The notes beneath the pieces were generated by a model, which saw only the letters and a list, made by a program, of their open reading frames with translations, was not told the DNA's origin and searched no databases. From assembly GCF_003918875.1 (NCBI RefSeq), contig NW_025766975.1, positions 1,058,684-1,122,683 of the forward strand: 64,000 bases of DNA, in the 5' to 3' direction. Origin of the DNA: Haliotis rubra (taxonomy: Eukaryota). Below are positions 59,769-64,000 of the stretch, piece by piece (position 1 is the stretch's first letter; the number at the start of each line of letters is the position of its first letter). A program made the translations under genes and the position numbers.

Positions 59769-62039
59769 TATAATAAAGTGTACAGACAGCGCCACGGTGC
59801 AGCAAAATGTTACAGAATAATGTTTGGACCAGTGCCTAGTAATACTGCATGTCAGTGATTGTATTCAAAGGAATATAATTCTGCATCGGTATGGTCGCTT
59901 AGGGCAGTGAACAAAATTTAGTCAACCCTACCTTCAGCAACCTTGCTTAGAGCTGATTGTGAATAGAAAAAAGAAGAAATTTCGACCTTTTTATCTCGGT
60001 GAGCCATCTGTTCTGCTAAAGATAATTATCAAGAAATGAGAATACAAATCTTTGTCCTTTGATGTCAAGTATACCGGATGAAACAATTACGGTGTTCTTT
60101 CGGGGTATATATTTCTGTGCTCTCAAATTGTGTTTTTTTGTAAATAAATCAAATGATACACATATTGCAATAAGTATGTGATTGACGTGACGTGCACATC
60201 TGTAAACGTTTTTATCGCAACTTTTATGCAATTCTTTTACAATTTAAATCCGTTCCAGTAGAACGAAATTAGTTCTTTACTCCAGAAACCGGATTTATCA
60301 GACAGTTGGTCGGTGGAAACAACAAATGGTGTCGCAAAGTCAGATGGACAAACTACTACAGTAGATGTTGCTGGATAATACAGTTGCATGCTGATACACT
60401 TTCTCTGGGGCATAATGTTCACACTCTTTTCATTTGTTTTTTCATTTGTTCTATAGTAATAACCCCGAGTGGAATGTAAAACAAATGTATGTTATTTTGT
60501 TTACTTGTAAGCATTTTAATTTCTGTACTACTACGCAGCGGTCGTAATTCCAATGTCTCAATGGTCCATTGATCTTTGGTCCATTGATCACTTGATTTCT
60601 GGTATATCTACAGGCTGCCGTAGCATGACAGTGGTACTTCTGTTGCGGCCTGGGATTTACCCTCTATGTCATTGAGAATAAAGGCTGCGGATGTGATGTC
60701 ACTCGTTTATTCTTAGGATTCAGTGGATATCAGTTGATATCAGTAGACACTCTGTAACTTATGATACTTATTTATGTCATTTATTCATTAATAAAAGCAT
60801 ATAGCAATACTTTACTATAATTACTAACCTTGGAAGTAGCTTATTTAGTATGTTGATTTGCTGTGCACATCAAGTAATGGTGACAAGTGCTAAGCACATC
60901 AGGTGAGGGTGACAAGTGCTGTGTGAGTGAAAATGGCTGATGACCTATGATTTGAAATAAGCCAATCCCAATCAACCATGTATTCATTACAAATCACATA
61001 CCTGACAGAAAGATAGAATAACCTAATTGCCCTCTGACCTTGTAATGGAATGATCCAAAGCAATCAGAGACCTGCATTAAGCACTTAAAACACTATTTGC
61101 CGACAACTGCTCATTGTGAACACAATGAACCTTTGTTGAACCCAAAACAACACAGATGTATATACATTTTGATAAAAAATAACGCAACACATGAAGTTAA
61201 TATAAATGCTTTTATTTTACCCTATTACACTTCTACGATTCTGTAATGTGTCAGGCAAGACATGCTAGTCAATGCTAGTCAGAACAGATGTCGGTTTCAT
61301 TTGAGATACCTCGCTTAGTATAACATGAATACCTGCTCAAACACAATATACTGAATCGGAGCCGTCCCGCCCTTGTTTTGTCCAATGGCCAGTTAACCTT
61401 TAAACCTATCATTAATTGAATTATTATTAAACACCTTAAATTGTGATAAATTGATAAACTGGAAAGACTTTGAAAGCAGCTCTCTAAACTGCGGAAGATT
61501 GTATTTAGTTAAATCTAAACCACAAATACGGGTGATAGTACAATTGTTCTCACGATTATAGCGAGATGGGAAACTGATAACGTTGCAATGTCCTTTACAT
61601 TTTTTAAAACCCCATAAATTAGATGTAACGCATCTTTGCAGGAGATGGTACAACATAAATACATAATACACACACCTGGATTGTTGCATGAACTCATCTC
61701 ATTTGTTTCCTCCACATCTTACTTCTTTAACGTGTTCAGAAAACTACACAATGTACAATACCATAACGTACAAGCCCTGGTCACAATGCATCATTAGAGT
61801 TTCGGTAATGAACTAGTAGTTATCTGACAACTACCGAATCATATTTATCCTTATTTTGGTTGCCTTATGACAAGACATCTTAACATTACATACACATCTA
61901 AAAACAGCGTTTAAGAAGTGGTTGTAAACGTCATTCTAACTGAAGAGGACGAAAATCGCTGTCAAGAGTTACCTGTTGTTATTGAATTATTACGAAAGAA
62001 TGTAAAAGAACTTGATTCGACTTGTGATAAGACGTGATA

Positions 62040-62390
62040 AAACAGTTCTAAATTTGACATGGCAATGAAATGGAATCATTAATCTTTCTGTTGGGAAAAT
62101 ACAAATGACCACCGAAACTAATCAAAATGTTATGTCATATATACACAGACGAAACATCTGCAGGTTAGGCAAGGTTAATTGAAACGTCACATCCTTTGGT
62201 GTATGAAATCTTCACCCTTCCCCTCCCGTCTATGCCAACGGACGAATAGCCTTAACAAGTTAATGAAAACCTACTCTCGTAAATCACTGATCAATGTAGT
62301 TCCGCTGTGTGTAATGAAAATCATTGCCATGGAAATGTATCAGCCAAATGGTTGCATGATAGATCTGAATCAGTGCGAGTACCAAATGCC
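62040..62390. repeat. Dispersed repeat copy (same family as 45950-46270 and 48990-49310)
   Basis: catggcaatgaaatggaatcattaatc...caaaatgttatgtcatatatacacagacgaaacatctgcaggttaggcaaggttaattgaaacgtca...gttaatgaaaacctactctcgtaaatca...atctgaatcagtgcgag. Confidence 0.7.
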
Positions 62391-62779
62391 AGTTTTACGA
62401 ATCAGCTTCACTTTACTGTAATACAAATAAATATAGTACAATACCCAGTACATGATTGATATTGTTTGTGAACGTGTCAAATCATAGTAAATTTTAGCAC
62501 CAAGGAATATGCAAAATACACCAGTCCTATTTTTGTAACAAATCTATATTTTGGCCAACAAGGTAGGTAGTGTACTCGTGACATCCTTTCCTGGACATAA
62601 ATATACTCTTTATTGCGAAGAGGTTTGTCTCTTAAGCTTACCTAATTACCATTAAATGCTCTCACTTAAAGGTCACATGCAACATAAAACACAACTTTGA
62701 AGATTCTGATACCTTTCCGTGTGGACTTACAGATACAAACCATCAAAACCGAAAATTCAACTTATGAAGTTGAAAAATA

Positions 62780-62960
62780 ACGCGATGAAAAAAACCACGC
62801 GAAATCGGAGTTCAAACGATTCACTGAATTCACCCCAGCGCTTGGGGTGAAAAGTGGTTTCAACAGCTGTGCTGCGCTGGGCTGGGCTGCGCTCATAGCA
62901 CATGCGCAGTGAAATAGGTTCGCGCAGCTTGGAAGCGGGATGTCCGGATTATAAGGTCGT
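62780..62960. promoter_or_regulatory. GC/CpG-rich island with TATA-like motif (ggattataaggtcg at ~62943-62956) and a short stem-loop
   Basis: About 180 bp of >55% GC with many CpGs (acgcgaaatcgg, gctgcgctgggctgggctgcgctc, ttcgcgcagc, aagcgggatgtccgg) in an AT-rich background. It contains the hairpin caccccagcgcttggggtg. More CpGs follow downstream at 63040-63150. Confidence 0.3.
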
Positions 62961-63463
62961 GAGCAGGAGTAGTCTAATCAAATCTACTCATTACATAAAA
63001 GAACCTTGTTAGGATCTAGATCTACACAGCTATGTGTCAGTGAGGCGTTCGACATTTCAAGACGGAAAACCTTCGCTGGCGGTGAATACTCGGTGAAAGC
63101 TTTGATGTGAGCTATTTTTCTAATGTTTTGTTGATATTTCACAGGCGCGAGCTTTTTATGTGTTATGACAGTATATTACCGATTTAACTGTTTATATAAT
63201 TTCATTTGTCTATTTCACCACACGTTCTTCTTACCGAGTCACTTTCTCAGTTCGATACTTAAAAGCAATGTCATTATTTAGCGTTGACAGAATTTCTAAC
63301 TGTGATATAGATATGTCGTTGTCACAGACAAAACTCAATGTCTGTTTTATGGACACCTATGTGTCTGCCTGCCTGTCTGCAAATGACAATATTCAATACA
63401 CAACTTCGATCACTGACCACATGCAATTTGAACTTGAGCATGTATTTACAAAACCCAACATCT

Positions 63464-63512
63464 CCACACACACACACACACACGCACGCACACACACACA
63501 CACACACACAGA
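63464..63512. repeat. (CA)n microsatellite
   Basis: cacacacacacacacacgcacgcacacacacacacacacacacagagagacacg. It generates several spurious ORFs on both strands (63268-63689). Confidence 0.95.
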
Positions 63513-64000
63513 GAGACACGCATCGGCAAATGAACCGTTACACTTGAGTGAACACCCACCCGCTCTGACTGGGTTCGGTATCCCGGCTGCTTCGTTTCGA
63601 GGGAAGTAAACCCATGTACAAAATATTGCACTTTTGATTTGCGATTGCACGCTTATAATTTGGTTTATATGTTTTTTCATAATCAGCAATGTATATTATA
63701 TGTCATGAATAAGTGATAATTGTGTTTTAATTATGTTTGATTTTTTGGTTGCATGTGACCTTTAAGCCCATATTCTCATTAATAAGAATAGAGCGAGACG
63801 TTATTACCAGATAAAGCAGGCCTTGAAAACCGTACAGTGCGATATGAAACTGTCTTATCCGTTTCACCTTTAAGGCCATGCATGTTCAGACCAACCTAAC
63901 ACATTACAAGACCGTATGTCAAGACTTTACGTTTTCAATACTAGAGTTTCCATTTATGTCGAGCATGCTCTAGCCTATCATGCCCACACTTCACAGCTTT

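Noticed and set aside
63268-63689. Cluster of overlapping ORFs on both strands (THTHTH / CVCVCV peptides)
   Set aside because: They are translation of the (CA)n/(GT)n microsatellite. The same applies to ORF 45321-45545.
1-64000. Prokaryotic-style systems (CRISPR arrays, defence islands, operons, toxin-antitoxin pairs)
   Set aside because: The sequence is eukaryotic: SINE/LINE/Tc1/MULE content, microsatellites, and no dense co-oriented ORFs or Shine-Dalgarno-like organisation. No direct-repeat/spacer array of CRISPR type is present, because the tandem repeats found have no unique spacers.

Overview
This window is eukaryotic, AT-rich, repeat-dense non-coding DNA. The SINE content is typical of invertebrates and looks mollusc-like. 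It shows no operons, no long host ORFs and nothing that looks prokaryotic, so I call no CRISPR, defence or metabolic system. Nearly all the structure comes from duplications and transposons.

- **Three-unit macro-repeat (about 2.1–22.4 kb):** a tandem array of three units of about 6–7.7 kb with copy-specific indels.
- **Recent tandem duplication:** a 6.4-kb unit at 27175–33580 and 33581–42100. The second copy carries a 2.2-kb Mutator-like (MULE) DNA transposon (36082–38286) with 42-bp TIRs, an 8-bp TSD and a frameshifted transposase. The first copy preserves the empty site.
- **Older collinear copies of the same unit:** at about 45.5–48.3 kb and 48.6–49.3 kb.
- **Tc1-like elements:** one with TIRs and a TA target site at 42107–43407 (frameshifted transposase), sitting exactly at the distal edge of the duplication; an internally deleted Tc1-like element at 58618–59768; and duplicated Tc1 N-terminal fragments.
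- **LINE and partner SINE:** a 5'-truncated CR1/L2-like LINE (RT C-terminus ORF, 50383–51590) and a 5S-rRNA-derived SINE that shares the LINE's 3' terminal module and (ATT)n tail.
- **SINE families:** more than 20 copies of at least two families (a tRNA-headed one and a GAGT/ACTC-tailed one) that share a conserved 3' module.
- **Other repeats:** microsatellites, a 156-bp satellite, G-rich repeats and several unusual foldback or hairpin structures.

I could not support any host protein-coding exon. A small GC/CpG-rich island with a TATA-like motif near 62.8–63.1 kb is the only promoter-like candidate. All coordinates are approximate to within a few bp, and I ran no database searches.
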